Below, in pieces: positions 9,083 through 17,694 of a stretch of DNA of 44,002 bases. The position numbers were made by a program, and so were the translations under genes. The notes below the pieces were generated by a model. It was not told the DNA's origin. It did not search any database and saw only the letters and a program-made list of their open reading frames with translations. The stretch lies in the UHGV virus genome UHGV-1377823. One strand, given 5' to 3'. Source of the stretch: a virus. Each line of letters opens with the position of its first letter. Within the stretch, counting starts at the first letter, position 1.

Positions 9083-9469
9083 CAGTTTCATATGAAAGGG
9101 TTTTAGCGGTAGATGATTGACGTATAGAAGAAGACAGATAAGGCGTAAAGCCAATAGGTACTAAGATACCTCAAATAATAAACAGTCTCAGGTAAGCAGT
9201 AAGGGCATAAGATAGCGGTTGGGCTAGCGCAACGCAGTGTATCCAGTTACGGGGATGCTGCGCCATGCTACGCCTGTATCCGCTTGGGGAACCCTAAGCA
9301 AGCGCCTGGGTAGTCACCTTCTTCCGTCTTGCCTGAGTATTGCTAGCAACAAGGTGCAGTGGTAACTACACGGCCTTGTATGCGGTGCTCAGCTAAGATG
9401 CGCTAAGACCCTTTCGAACAAAACATAAACACTAGAGGTTGCACGTATAGAACAAGGGGCAAGCAAAGC

Positions 9470-9895
9470 ATGAGCCAAACAAAGAAAACACTGTATAATA
9501 CTAGACTCTATAACTGGAGTAACTCTAGTGATTATATAATTAGTTTAGCTAAGGAGTTCCATATCTATGGTATAGGTATGAAACTAGGTATGCCCGAGGA
9601 AGAGCACTTCCAGAAGGTAGTGCAGGAACTACAGGGTGATTCTGTATTAGTTGTATTCAGCGAGGATGTACCTGTAGGTGTAGTTTCTCTTGACCCTATA
9701 CTGTTCCAGAACAGCCACTACCCGGGTAAGGCTATGCTTACGGGATTTATAGTGGTCGAGCCTGGCTACACCAAAGCTGGGGCTGTGCTAATGCGCGACG
9801 CTAAACGCATCGCTAAAGAGAACGGTGCGGATTGGCTTATCGTGACTCGCGCTGTAAACGACACGGATTATCTTCAAAGAGGGTGGGAGTTATAA
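9470..9895 (+). CDS. GNAT-like N-acetyltransferase (putative), moron in AT-rich island
   Basis: The C-terminal half fits the GNAT motif A / beta4-alpha3 pattern (VVEPGYTKAGAVLMRDAKRIAKENGADWLIVTRAVNDTD...RGWEL). The gene and its upstream region are markedly AT-rich relative to the ~54% GC genome. Confidence 0.45.
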   Translation: MSQTKKTLYNTRLYNWSNSSDYIISLAKEFHIYGIGMKLGMPEEEHFQKVVQELQGDSVLVVFSEDVPVGVVSLDPILFQNSHYPGKAMLTGFIVVEPGYTKAGAVLMRDAKRIAKENGADWLIVTRAVNDTDYLQRGWEL

Positions 9896-10155
9896 TGGGA
9901 AGCCTCAAAAAAGGTTTAAGCTCTATCACTGACATGGTAGGGTTAACGGATACAGCATCTCTGGAAGCACAGCAGAAGCAGTATGAGGAGCAGCAGAAGC
10001 AGCTTGCAGCGCAAGCACAGTTAGACGCGGATACCTCAGCAGAGAATATCAACACAGTAGACTCAGGCGGTGCAGCGCAGGCTTCGGCTAGCGATATCAC
10101 TGCATCACAGAAAAAGCGTCGTGCGGGGGCGGTATCCACAGCGCTCGGCATTTAA
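9895..10155 (+). CDS. small virion-associated protein (T7 gp6.7-like position)
   Basis: ATG 9895 overlaps the GNAT stop (TAATG). 86 aa, Q/A-rich with a basic C-terminus KKRRAGAVSTALGI. Sits immediately upstream of portal. Confidence 0.5.
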   Translation: MGSLKKGLSSITDMVGLTDTASLEAQQKQYEEQQKQLAAQAQLDADTSAENINTVDSGGAAQASASDITASQKKRRAGAVSTALGI

Positions 10156-10164
10156 GGAGCTAAG

Positions 10165-11733
10165 ATGCGTGGAACCAAAGAACCTTTAGCAGGGCTGTTC
10201 ACGAAGTTACAGGACAGCTCTACTCTTACCGCAGCAGAACAGTTCGCGAAATGGTCGCTCCCGACAGTATTCACCAAGGACTTGTCCGGTATGGACGGTA
10301 AGCGCTCGGCGCTGCACCGGGACTACCAGAGCCTCGGAGCTATCCTGATTAACACCGCCAGTACCAAGGTGGTTAAATCGCTGTTCCCTCAAGGAGCACC
10401 GTTCTTCCGCTTCGTAGACAGTGATGAGCTGGCTGGCGTAGTTGGTGAGCTTGGTATCCAGGGGGAAGTACCAAGTGTACAGGCAGAGATTGAGCTGGCT
10501 GCGTCGGCACAAGTCTACAAGGACGAAGAGTACGCTGCGAAGCTGCACGCTACGAAGCTGCTGATGGTTACAGGGAATGCCCTGGAGTACAGGGATAAGC
10601 AGCGTCAGCGCTCTCATATCTACAGCATCCGAGACTATGCGGTTAAGCGTAATGGCTCTGGCGATGTAATGCTGATCGTCCTAAAGGAGCGTATCTGCGT
10701 TGGTGATTTACCTGATGAGTACCGCATCCAGTACGACAACAAAGCTGACTATGAGGACCTGGAACTCTATACGGGTGTATGCCGTGAGGTGCGGGAAGGT
10801 GGTGCAGTAGTCTACAAGGTGTACCAGGAGGTTGATAATAAACCTGTTGGGGAACCTAGTTACTATCCGGAGAAGCAGTGTCCTTACACAGTGCTGGTCT
10901 GGAACCGCGTTAACTCTGAGCACTACGGGCGTGGTCTGGTTGAGGACTATGCTGGGGAGTTCGCTAAGCTCTCTGAGCTGAGTAAAGCCCTGACGCTGTA
11001 TGAAGTCGAAGCTATGCGCTTTGTGAACATGTCCAACTCTGCATCCGGTGTAGACATTGACGCGTTCAACGATGCTGCTGTAGGCGACATCATCCAGACC
11101 AATGCCCCAGCCGGTACTACTGGGCCTGGTATATGGGCCTACGAAGGCGGTGTCTACCAGAAGATTCAGGTCATGCAGGCTGAGATTGCCAGCATTGAGC
11201 AGCGTCTTGCCAGAGCGTTCATGTACGGAGGCAACACCAGGGATGCAGAGCGTGTCACGGCGTACGAGATTCGTCAGAATGCTCAGGAGGCACAGGAGGC
11301 TCTGGGGGATGCGTACAGTCAGCTAAGCAGCGTATGGCTTACTAAGCTGGCGTACCTGTACTGCCTGGAGCTGTACCCGCAGATGCAGCCGCTGTTGGAC
11401 CTGCAAGCTATGACGCTGAACGTTGTAGTAGGTACAGCAGCTCTGGCTAAAGCAGCTCAGAATGACCGCTTACTGGAAGCTACACAGTCCCTGCAGTTGA
11501 TTGCACCAGTGCTCTCGCAGCTTACTAAGCGCACTAACATGGATGCCTTGATTGATACGGTGTTTGATAGCTTCGGCATCAACAGCAGCAAGTTCTTCTA
11601 CACGGAAGAGCAGTTGAAGCAATTGCAGGAGCAAGAGGATACACGAGCAGCTCAAGCAGCGCAGCAGCAGCAACAGGCGCTCCAGGCAGCAGACCCTAAC
11701 CAAGCGGCTCAGCAACTAGGCTTAATCGCATAA
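10165..11733 (+). CDS. head-tail connector (portal) protein, T7 gp8-like
   Basis: 522 aa with an AAGGAG SD. Size and position are right for portal ahead of scaffold and capsid. Confidence 0.88.
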   Translation: MRGTKEPLAGLFTKLQDSSTLTAAEQFAKWSLPTVFTKDLSGMDGKRSALHRDYQSLGAILINTASTKVVKSLFPQGAPFFRFVDSDELAGVVGELGIQGEVPSVQAEIELAASAQVYKDEEYAAKLHATKLLMVTGNALEYRDKQRQRSHIYSIRDYAVKRNGSGDVMLIVLKERICVGDLPDEYRIQYDNKADYEDLELYTGVCREVREGGAVVYKVYQEVDNKPVGEPSYYPEKQCPYTVLVWNRVNSEHYGRGLVEDYAGEFAKLSELSKALTLYEVEAMRFVNMSNSASGVDIDAFNDAAVGDIIQTNAPAGTTGPGIWAYEGGVYQKIQVMQAEIASIEQRLARAFMYGGNTRDAERVTAYEIRQNAQEAQEALGDAYSQLSSVWLTKLAYLYCLELYPQMQPLLDLQAMTLNVVVGTAALAKAAQNDRLLEATQSLQLIAPVLSQLTKRTNMDALIDTVFDSFGINSSKFFYTEEQLKQLQEQEDTRAAQAAQQQQQALQAADPNQAAQQLGLIA

Positions 11734-11748
11734 TAGAACGAGGTTAAT

Positions 11749-12600
11749 GTGACAGACACTACTACCGCCGCAGCAGCGGCACCAGAGACAACGGTACTAG
11801 AGAACGTAGGCGGCCCTAAGATTCCTGGCGGCCCCGGTCCTAAAGCCCCGAACATGCAGGGCGTACCGCAGGAACAAGCAGCTACGGCAGCAGCCCCAGC
11901 ACCGGGTGCCGAGCCCCCCGCCTTTGATGTGGAGGCGTTAGCTGCGGCTCTGGCTAAGCACGGTAAAGATGCCGCAGCACCTCGAGCTGAAGCAGCAACA
12001 GAACTCGCAGAAACAGGGAACCCGGCTATCGACGCTGGTATCGCCATGTTGAAGCAGGTGTCAAAGCTCAATGATGCGGACATGGTTCGCGCTATTGGGA
12101 AAGCAGTGGAGTATAACGACCCGAATCTCATTGACTCGGCCTTCATCAAAGAGCGCTTTGGTGAGCATGCACAGTACGCTGAGCTGCTTGCAAAGGCATA
12201 CCTCGATGATCAGATAGGCCAGGCTCGGCGGGCGGTTACAGCGGCATATGACCTCGTAGGCGGCAAGGAGAACTGGGAGACAGCATCGCAACTGTTCAAC
12301 GCGAAAGCGCCTGAGCATGTACGTAATGCTGCCCGTGCCCTCGCCAACTCCGGGGACGTAGCTGGCGCTGCTAAACTGGTTGTTGAGACTGTACAAGGTC
12401 TGGGTTTAATCGCTAAGGAAGCTGGTATCCTCAAGGGGGGCGCTGCTCTGGACGGTGCATTGTCCGCAGCAGACTTCTCTAAAGAATACCAGGCACTTCG
12501 CAAAGAGGCAGGGAATCGTAGCTTAGAATCTCCTAAGTTCTCCCAGCGCTATCAGAATCTGTTATCACGCCGTCAAGCTGGAAAGGCTAAAGGCATCTAA
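11749..12600 (+). CDS. capsid assembly scaffolding protein (gp9-like)
   Basis: GTG start after a GAGG SD. 283 aa, Ala-rich and helical, lying between portal and major capsid. Confidence 0.7.
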   Translation: MTDTTTAAAAAPETTVLENVGGPKIPGGPGPKAPNMQGVPQEQAATAAAPAPGAEPPAFDVEALAAALAKHGKDAAAPRAEAATELAETGNPAIDAGIAMLKQVSKLNDADMVRAIGKAVEYNDPNLIDSAFIKERFGEHAQYAELLAKAYLDDQIGQARRAVTAAYDLVGGKENWETASQLFNAKAPEHVRNAARALANSGDVAGAAKLVVETVQGLGLIAKEAGILKGGAALDGALSAADFSKEYQALRKEAGNRSLESPKFSQRYQNLLSRRQAGKAKGI

Positions 12601-12623
12601 ACTTAATACTAAGGATATAAATT

Positions 12624-13619
12624 ATGGCGAATACCGCTTACACTGGCAACCTGACTCGTCCACACTGGGGCGGAGCTGCCTCTGACTCAGATATCCATCT
12701 TGAGGTCTACCAGAACGAGGTCGATACACGTTTCCAGTATCAGGCCATCTTCCTGGGTCTGTCTACCCAGCGCTCTACCGCTGACCGCTCTAACACGTAC
12801 CGTATTGACCGACTGAACACCAGCACCGTCAAGGGCCGTACCTCTGGCGTAGCGCTGGACCCGACCCCAGTACGTAACGACAAGATGATTATTGTTGTCG
12901 ATACCGTGCTGTACATTCGTAACCCTATCGACTACCAGGACGATTGGACTGCGCCGGACTTCCTGACCGAAATGGGTCAGAACAACGGCTCTGAGTTCGC
13001 AGAGACCTTCGACCAGGCGCACCTGATTCAGCTCATCAAGGGCCGTTCTTGGGTTGCCCCTGCGCACCTTAAGCCTGCGTTCAACGACGGTATCGAAATC
13101 CCAGTGACTGTAGATGCTAGTCCAGCCTCTCAGGCGGAGCGCGAAGCTAACGCAGAGGCTATCAACCTCGCGCATAAAGCTGGTATTGATGAGCTGATTA
13201 AGCGTAAGGTTCCGCTGATGGATATGGTTACTCTGGTTGACGTAGACACCTACTCTATGCTGCTGGAGCATCCGAAACTGTTCGACCGTGAGTTCGGTAT
13301 GACCAACGATGACGGTTACAAGAACCGCCGCGTAGTTAAAATGAATGGCGTGCCTGTTGTTGAGTGCACGGAGTTCCCCACTACTGCTGGGGCGCACCCA
13401 CTGGGTTCTGCGTTTACTGTTACCGCAGACGACGCTAACTGCCGTATGGTTACGTTCAGCAAGTCTAAGACCCTGGTAACTGTCGAAGCTAAGCCATTCA
13501 CCTCCCGTATCTGGGATGATGAGCTGAACTTCGCGAACGTACTGGACTGTTACGCTATGTACACCGTTGGTGAGCGTCGTCCTGATACTGCCGCTGTAGT
13601 TAAATTCACCTTCTCTTAA
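12624..13619 (+). CDS. major capsid protein (gp10-like)
   Basis: 331 aa with a strong SD (TAAGGA) and very strong codon bias. Position matches the T7/phiKMV major capsid protein. Confidence 0.9.
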   Translation: MANTAYTGNLTRPHWGGAASDSDIHLEVYQNEVDTRFQYQAIFLGLSTQRSTADRSNTYRIDRLNTSTVKGRTSGVALDPTPVRNDKMIIVVDTVLYIRNPIDYQDDWTAPDFLTEMGQNNGSEFAETFDQAHLIQLIKGRSWVAPAHLKPAFNDGIEIPVTVDASPASQAEREANAEAINLAHKAGIDELIKRKVPLMDMVTLVDVDTYSMLLEHPKLFDREFGMTNDDGYKNRRVVKMNGVPVVECTEFPTTAGAHPLGSAFTVTADDANCRMVTFSKSKTLVTVEAKPFTSRIWDDELNFANVLDCYAMYTVGERRPDTAAVVKFTFS

Positions 13620-13631
13620 TAGGGGGCTTGT

Positions 13632-13850
13632 ATGGCTGTATTAGCCAGCTTCTCCTCTAAGCCGGGTTCTACTAAGGATGCAGCGCTGCGTGCGCTGCGT
13701 CAGCTCCCAGAGGCAATTAAGAAGTTGCCAAAGGATGCTGGTGCAAGCGCAGTACTCTCCACTGTAGAAGAGGCTTTGAGTAAAGCTATGGGCGCAGAGC
13801 TTGCGCCAGTTCAAAAGAAAGCTAAGAAGGCTGCTAAAGCCTCAGAATAA
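13632..13850 (+). CDS. small Lys/Ala-rich protein downstream of capsid
   Basis: 72-aa ORF in the same frame as the capsid gene but separated from it by TAA TAG. Lies before the terminator. Basic C-terminus VQKKAKKAAKASE. Confidence 0.5.
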   Translation: MAVLASFSSKPGSTKDAALRALRQLPEAIKKLPKDAGASAVLSTVEEALSKAMGAELAPVQKKAKKAAKASE

Positions 13851-13857
13851 ACCCGGG

Positions 13858-13896
13858 CCCCGTGCTTCCTTAACTGGAGGTGCGGGGCTTTTTTCG
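13858..13896 (+). terminator. rho-independent terminator after capsid operon
   Basis: GCCCCGTGC ... GTGCGGGGC forms a 9-bp stem (with 2 G.U pairs) followed by TTTTTT. Its position is analogous to T7 Tphi downstream of gene 10. Confidence 0.6.
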
Positions 13897-14146
13897 TTTC
13901 TGGGCCTCGGAGACTACAACAGGTAAGAGCATTGACTACACCAGATAAATCCTCGGATGTAATGGTAAAACCATGCAGTGCTCTTTCCGTTGTGGTGCAT
14001 ACGCAACGTTGTTAAATGGTTCAGGGGTGCAATCTTGTTCAAAGAGGCAAGACACTGTTGGTCCCTGGTAATAGGTCCCCCGGAATGCGGGGAGTAGTAA
14101 AGTAACTTCCAGCCACAACCCTTTTAATCAAACAGGAGATGCCCTA

Positions 14147-14707
14147 ATGAGGGAGATTGATGCTGTAAACGTCACTATCGAAGCCCTCGGGGAATCTCGT
14201 ATAGTTGATATCAATACGAGTAACCCCACCGCTGGGCTTGCCCGTGCGGCCCTGAGCCGTACCCGTAAGGGCTCTATTGCCACTGGTTTCTGGTTCAACA
14301 CTATATTCCGGGAAGCTACCCCAGTGCCCCCGGCTAATCAGATTAAAGTACCCTGGCCTCAGCTAAGTATCTACGATACCTGCACGAACGAGAAGTACGG
14401 GGAGCGGGATGGCGTGCTTTACAACCTCGTAGAGCAGACTAAAGTATTTACGGACACCGTGCATTTAAAGGTTACTCTGGATATTGAGTTCGAGGACTTA
14501 CCAGAGCACTGCGCTATGTGGGTAGCATACGCTACCGCAGCAGAAGTGTACCTGAACGACTTAGGCGCTGATGGGAACTACCAGCAGCTACTTGCTAAGG
14601 CTGCCGAGTATGAGTCCCTGAACTATCGTGAGCACCTGCGTAATCAGAAGTACAGCACTGCTCGTACCCGTACAGCCGGGCGCATCGCCTACGGCTTCCG
14701 CATTTAA
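14147..14707 (+). CDS. tail tubular protein A (gp11-like)
   Basis: 186 aa with a GGAGA SD; order gp11-gp12 as in T7. Confidence 0.85.
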   Translation: MREIDAVNVTIEALGESRIVDINTSNPTAGLARAALSRTRKGSIATGFWFNTIFREATPVPPANQIKVPWPQLSIYDTCTNEKYGERDGVLYNLVEQTKVFTDTVHLKVTLDIEFEDLPEHCAMWVAYATAAEVYLNDLGADGNYQQLLAKAAEYESLNYREHLRNQKYSTARTRTAGRIAYGFRI

Positions 14708-14722
14708 TTAGGAGATACACCC

Positions 14723-17080
14723 TTGGCGAAAACCTTCGAAGGTGTTATGCCCAGTTTGCTACAGGGCGTATCCCAACAGATTCCAAGAGAGCGTCAACCT
14801 GGGCAACTGGGGGCGCAGCAGAACCTGCTCAGTGACCCTGTTACTGGGTTGCGCCGTAGGCCTGGAGCACGCTACGTTAACACTCTGAGTATGCAGGCTC
14901 CTGCCGGGGACGATTATCTGTTCACGGCTTATATTGAGCGTGGTACTGATGGGCGACACCTGCTCATCAACACGGAAACCGGGGCCTGGCGTTTATACAG
15001 TAAAGATGGTTTAACCGCTAAGAACACAGGTCAGAGCAACTACTTTATAGCTAGTGCAGGCGCAACCAGTATTCAAACTGCTAGTATTAACGGCCTGACT
15101 TATATTCTCAACACTGAGAAGGCCCCTAGTACTAGTGTAGATAATACAGGCAAGATAAATCCAACAACCACGGGCTTCTTCCGAGTAAATACTGTAGCCT
15201 TCGGTAAGTCCTGGTCTGTCAAGGTATCGTGGACCGGGGGTAGCGCCACCGCTCAATATGATGTTCCTGTATCTGGTAGTGCTAGTGATGCTGCTGCAGA
15301 TACAGTTATAGGTCGTCTGGTTAACGGGGGTGCTAACACCACGGGGAGTTTAAGCGCGGGGATTACTGCCGCAGGGGGTACTGTTGTATATGATGGCGCA
15401 GCCCTCTTTGTTTATGGACTCCCTAATGTAGCAGTAACCTCTAGCTCCGGGAGTACTTACGGGACTGCCTCTAATCAGATGCGGGTATCTCAGGAGTCAG
15501 ACCTGCCTGCGGCGCTCCCCGGTGCAGCTGACGGTTGTATGTGCGCAGTAGGGCAAGCAGGTTCAGACGCTACGTGGTATCAGTATGATTACCCTAATCG
15601 CACCTGGAACGAGGTAGGCGCTTATGGTAGCATCAGCAGCATTACGAACATGCCACTGGAGCTGGCGGCCGATGATAACATTATTGTACGGGCATTTGAG
15701 GGTCGCTTAGCTGGCGATGATGATACCAATAAGGACCCAGCTTTCGTAGAGAACGGGTACATCACAGGTATCTGCGCATTCCAGGGACGTTTAGTTCTGC
15801 TATCCGGGGCTAGTGTATGCATGAGCGCCAGCGGGTTGTATCAACGCTTCTACCGCAGTACAGTAACATCCTTGCTGGATACAGACCGTATTGATATTGC
15901 GTCTGCGTCGGCTCAGGACTCTGTGTTCCGTACAGCCGCACAGTTCAACCGGGACTTGGTTATCTTCGGGGATAGTATGCAGGCGGTTATTCCAGGAGGG
16001 GCTGCGCTTACTCCTACTAACGCAAGCGTAACCCTAACCTCAGAGTTTAGCTGCGATAGCCGGGTACAGCCTGTTGTAACAGGTCAGACCCTGCTATATC
16101 CTAACAGACGCAACAACTCCTACGCGGGCATCCTGGAGTTTATACCATCTGCGTATACATCCTCACAGTACGTATCACAGGATGCTACGGTGCACTTGCC
16201 GCGTTACATCCCAGGTAGGATTATGCGTATGCACGTATCCTCAGTTACCAACACAGCTTTTATCCGGGCATCCGGGGAGCGCGGGACTTTGTTGGTGTAC
16301 GACTTTATGTGGGGTGCCGACAACCAGAAGGCACAGGCGGCTTACCATAAATGGACACTCCCTCGCAATATCCTGAACATGCACTCAGTATCAGAGATTA
16401 TGTATGTGTTCGTGCGGGAGCCTAGTGGGCTTGTTCAGATACTGAGTATTGACCCACGCGAGGGATTCGTGGCTGGCGGTGTTTACGATTACCCGTACCT
16501 GGATATTCTGCGTACTGTTACAGTAGTCTCTGGGCAGTTCTACCTGCCGAATGAGTTACGGTCTCCTGGTATTTCGCTGGACAATATAGCGTTGGCTTAT
16601 ACTGAGGGTAGTACTGCAGCGGGGTCTGAGCTGGGCTTAGCCAGCATGGACAGCTCGTACCTGGTTAAGACTGTGCGCGGGGTTCCTGACGGTACGTACT
16701 ACATAGGACAGCGTTTCCTCTCTACGGTAACACTAACCCCACCTATGCTGAAGGACCAGAATGACCAGTTGGTAGGTTCAGGACATGTACGCCTACTGCG
16801 TCTGGATACGGCAATCCGTAATAGTGGGGTGTTTGACGTGCGCATACAAGATACTACACGGGATATAGATGCCGCTGACACAAAGTCTGGGGTGCTGATG
16901 AACTCTAAAGAACTGGCCCCCGGGCTTCCGCTCAAGGCAGATTTAGGGAACATTATAATCCCGTGCCGTACTAACTCCGATACAACTGATGTAACCCTGA
17001 GTACATCAGGTACACAAGAAATGAACGTGCTGGATGTATCTTACATCCTGCGCTACAATCAACGCAGACAGAGGGTGTAG
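14723..17080 (+). CDS. tail tubular protein B (gp12-like)
   Basis: The N-terminus MAKTFEGVMPSLLQGVSQQIPRERQPGQ...GLRRRP aligns with T7 gp12 MALISQSIKNLKGGISQQPDILRYPDQG...GLQKRPP. TTG start with an AGGAGA SD. Confidence 0.9.
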   Translation: MAKTFEGVMPSLLQGVSQQIPRERQPGQLGAQQNLLSDPVTGLRRRPGARYVNTLSMQAPAGDDYLFTAYIERGTDGRHLLINTETGAWRLYSKDGLTAKNTGQSNYFIASAGATSIQTASINGLTYILNTEKAPSTSVDNTGKINPTTTGFFRVNTVAFGKSWSVKVSWTGGSATAQYDVPVSGSASDAAADTVIGRLVNGGANTTGSLSAGITAAGGTVVYDGAALFVYGLPNVAVTSSSGSTYGTASNQMRVSQESDLPAALPGAADGCMCAVGQAGSDATWYQYDYPNRTWNEVGAYGSISSITNMPLELAADDNIIVRAFEGRLAGDDDTNKDPAFVENGYITGICAFQGRLVLLSGASVCMSASGLYQRFYRSTVTSLLDTDRIDIASASAQDSVFRTAAQFNRDLVIFGDSMQAVIPGGAALTPTNASVTLTSEFSCDSRVQPVVTGQTLLYPNRRNNSYAGILEFIPSAYTSSQYVSQDATVHLPRYIPGRIMRMHVSSVTNTAFIRASGERGTLLVYDFMWGADNQKAQAAYHKWTLPRNILNMHSVSEIMYVFVREPSGLVQILSIDPREGFVAGGVYDYPYLDILRTVTVVSGQFYLPNELRSPGISLDNIALAYTEGSTAAGSELGLASMDSSYLVKTVRGVPDGTYYIGQRFLSTVTLTPPMLKDQNDQLVGSGHVRLLRLDTAIRNSGVFDVRIQDTTRDIDAADTKSGVLMNSKELAPGLPLKADLGNIIIPCRTNSDTTDVTLSTSGTQEMNVLDVSYILRYNQRRQRV

Positions 17081-17081
17081 C

Positions 17082-17693
17082 ATGTGGGGTTATGTTGCTG
17101 CTGTAGCAGGTAAAGCTCTGCTGGGTGCCTTTGATGCCGGGACTCAGCAGAAGGCTGCTATGAGTCAGAACAAGGCTGCTATGACGCAGCTAGCTAAAGG
17201 CATTACACAGATTAACCTGCAACGCACTGCATCACGCCAGCGTACTGCACAGGCCCTGTATAACACGCAGCTCCAGTCCGAGCAGGCTCAATCCCAGATT
17301 GGGCTGCAAGCTGCGGCTTCTGGTACTATAGGGGCATCCGTACAGGATGCCGTTAGTACTGTGAACGTACAGTCGGATAGACAGGAAGCTAGTATCTGGC
17401 AGCAGCAGATGCAGCAGGAAGAATCTTTTAGATTACAATCAGAGAAGGCTATCGATAGCACTAAGTCCAGTATGGTGTGGCAGAGCGGTGAGGATATGCT
17501 GTTCAATAACATGCTCAGCCTGTTCGGTAGCGAAGTAGGTAGCGTAGCTGCCAAGTACCTGGCTGAGGACGAAGACCCAAACAGCACTACCTCAGATAAG
17601 AACAGCCCGGACAGTAAGAGCTTCGGGTATGACCTGTGGGGTAGCAAAGGCGAGCAAGTGCTCAATTCCTGGAAGAGTTATTTAGGGGGCTAA
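17082..17693 (+). CDS. internal virion protein A (gp13/14-like)
   Basis: ATG 17082 follows the gp12 stop with a GAGGGTG SD. 203 aa, Q-rich. Confidence 0.65.
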   Translation: MWGYVAAVAGKALLGAFDAGTQQKAAMSQNKAAMTQLAKGITQINLQRTASRQRTAQALYNTQLQSEQAQSQIGLQAAASGTIGASVQDAVSTVNVQSDRQEASIWQQQMQQEESFRLQSEKAIDSTKSSMVWQSGEDMLFNNMLSLFGSEVGSVAAKYLAEDEDPNSTTSDKNSPDSKSFGYDLWGSKGEQVLNSWKSYLGG

Positions 17694-17694
17694 C

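Noticed and set aside
13617-13640. Possible T7-style programmed frameshift extending the major capsid protein
   Set aside because: The downstream ORF is in the same frame as the capsid gene and separated from it by two consecutive stops (TAA TAG). A -1 shift would not join them, and no slippery heptamer was seen.
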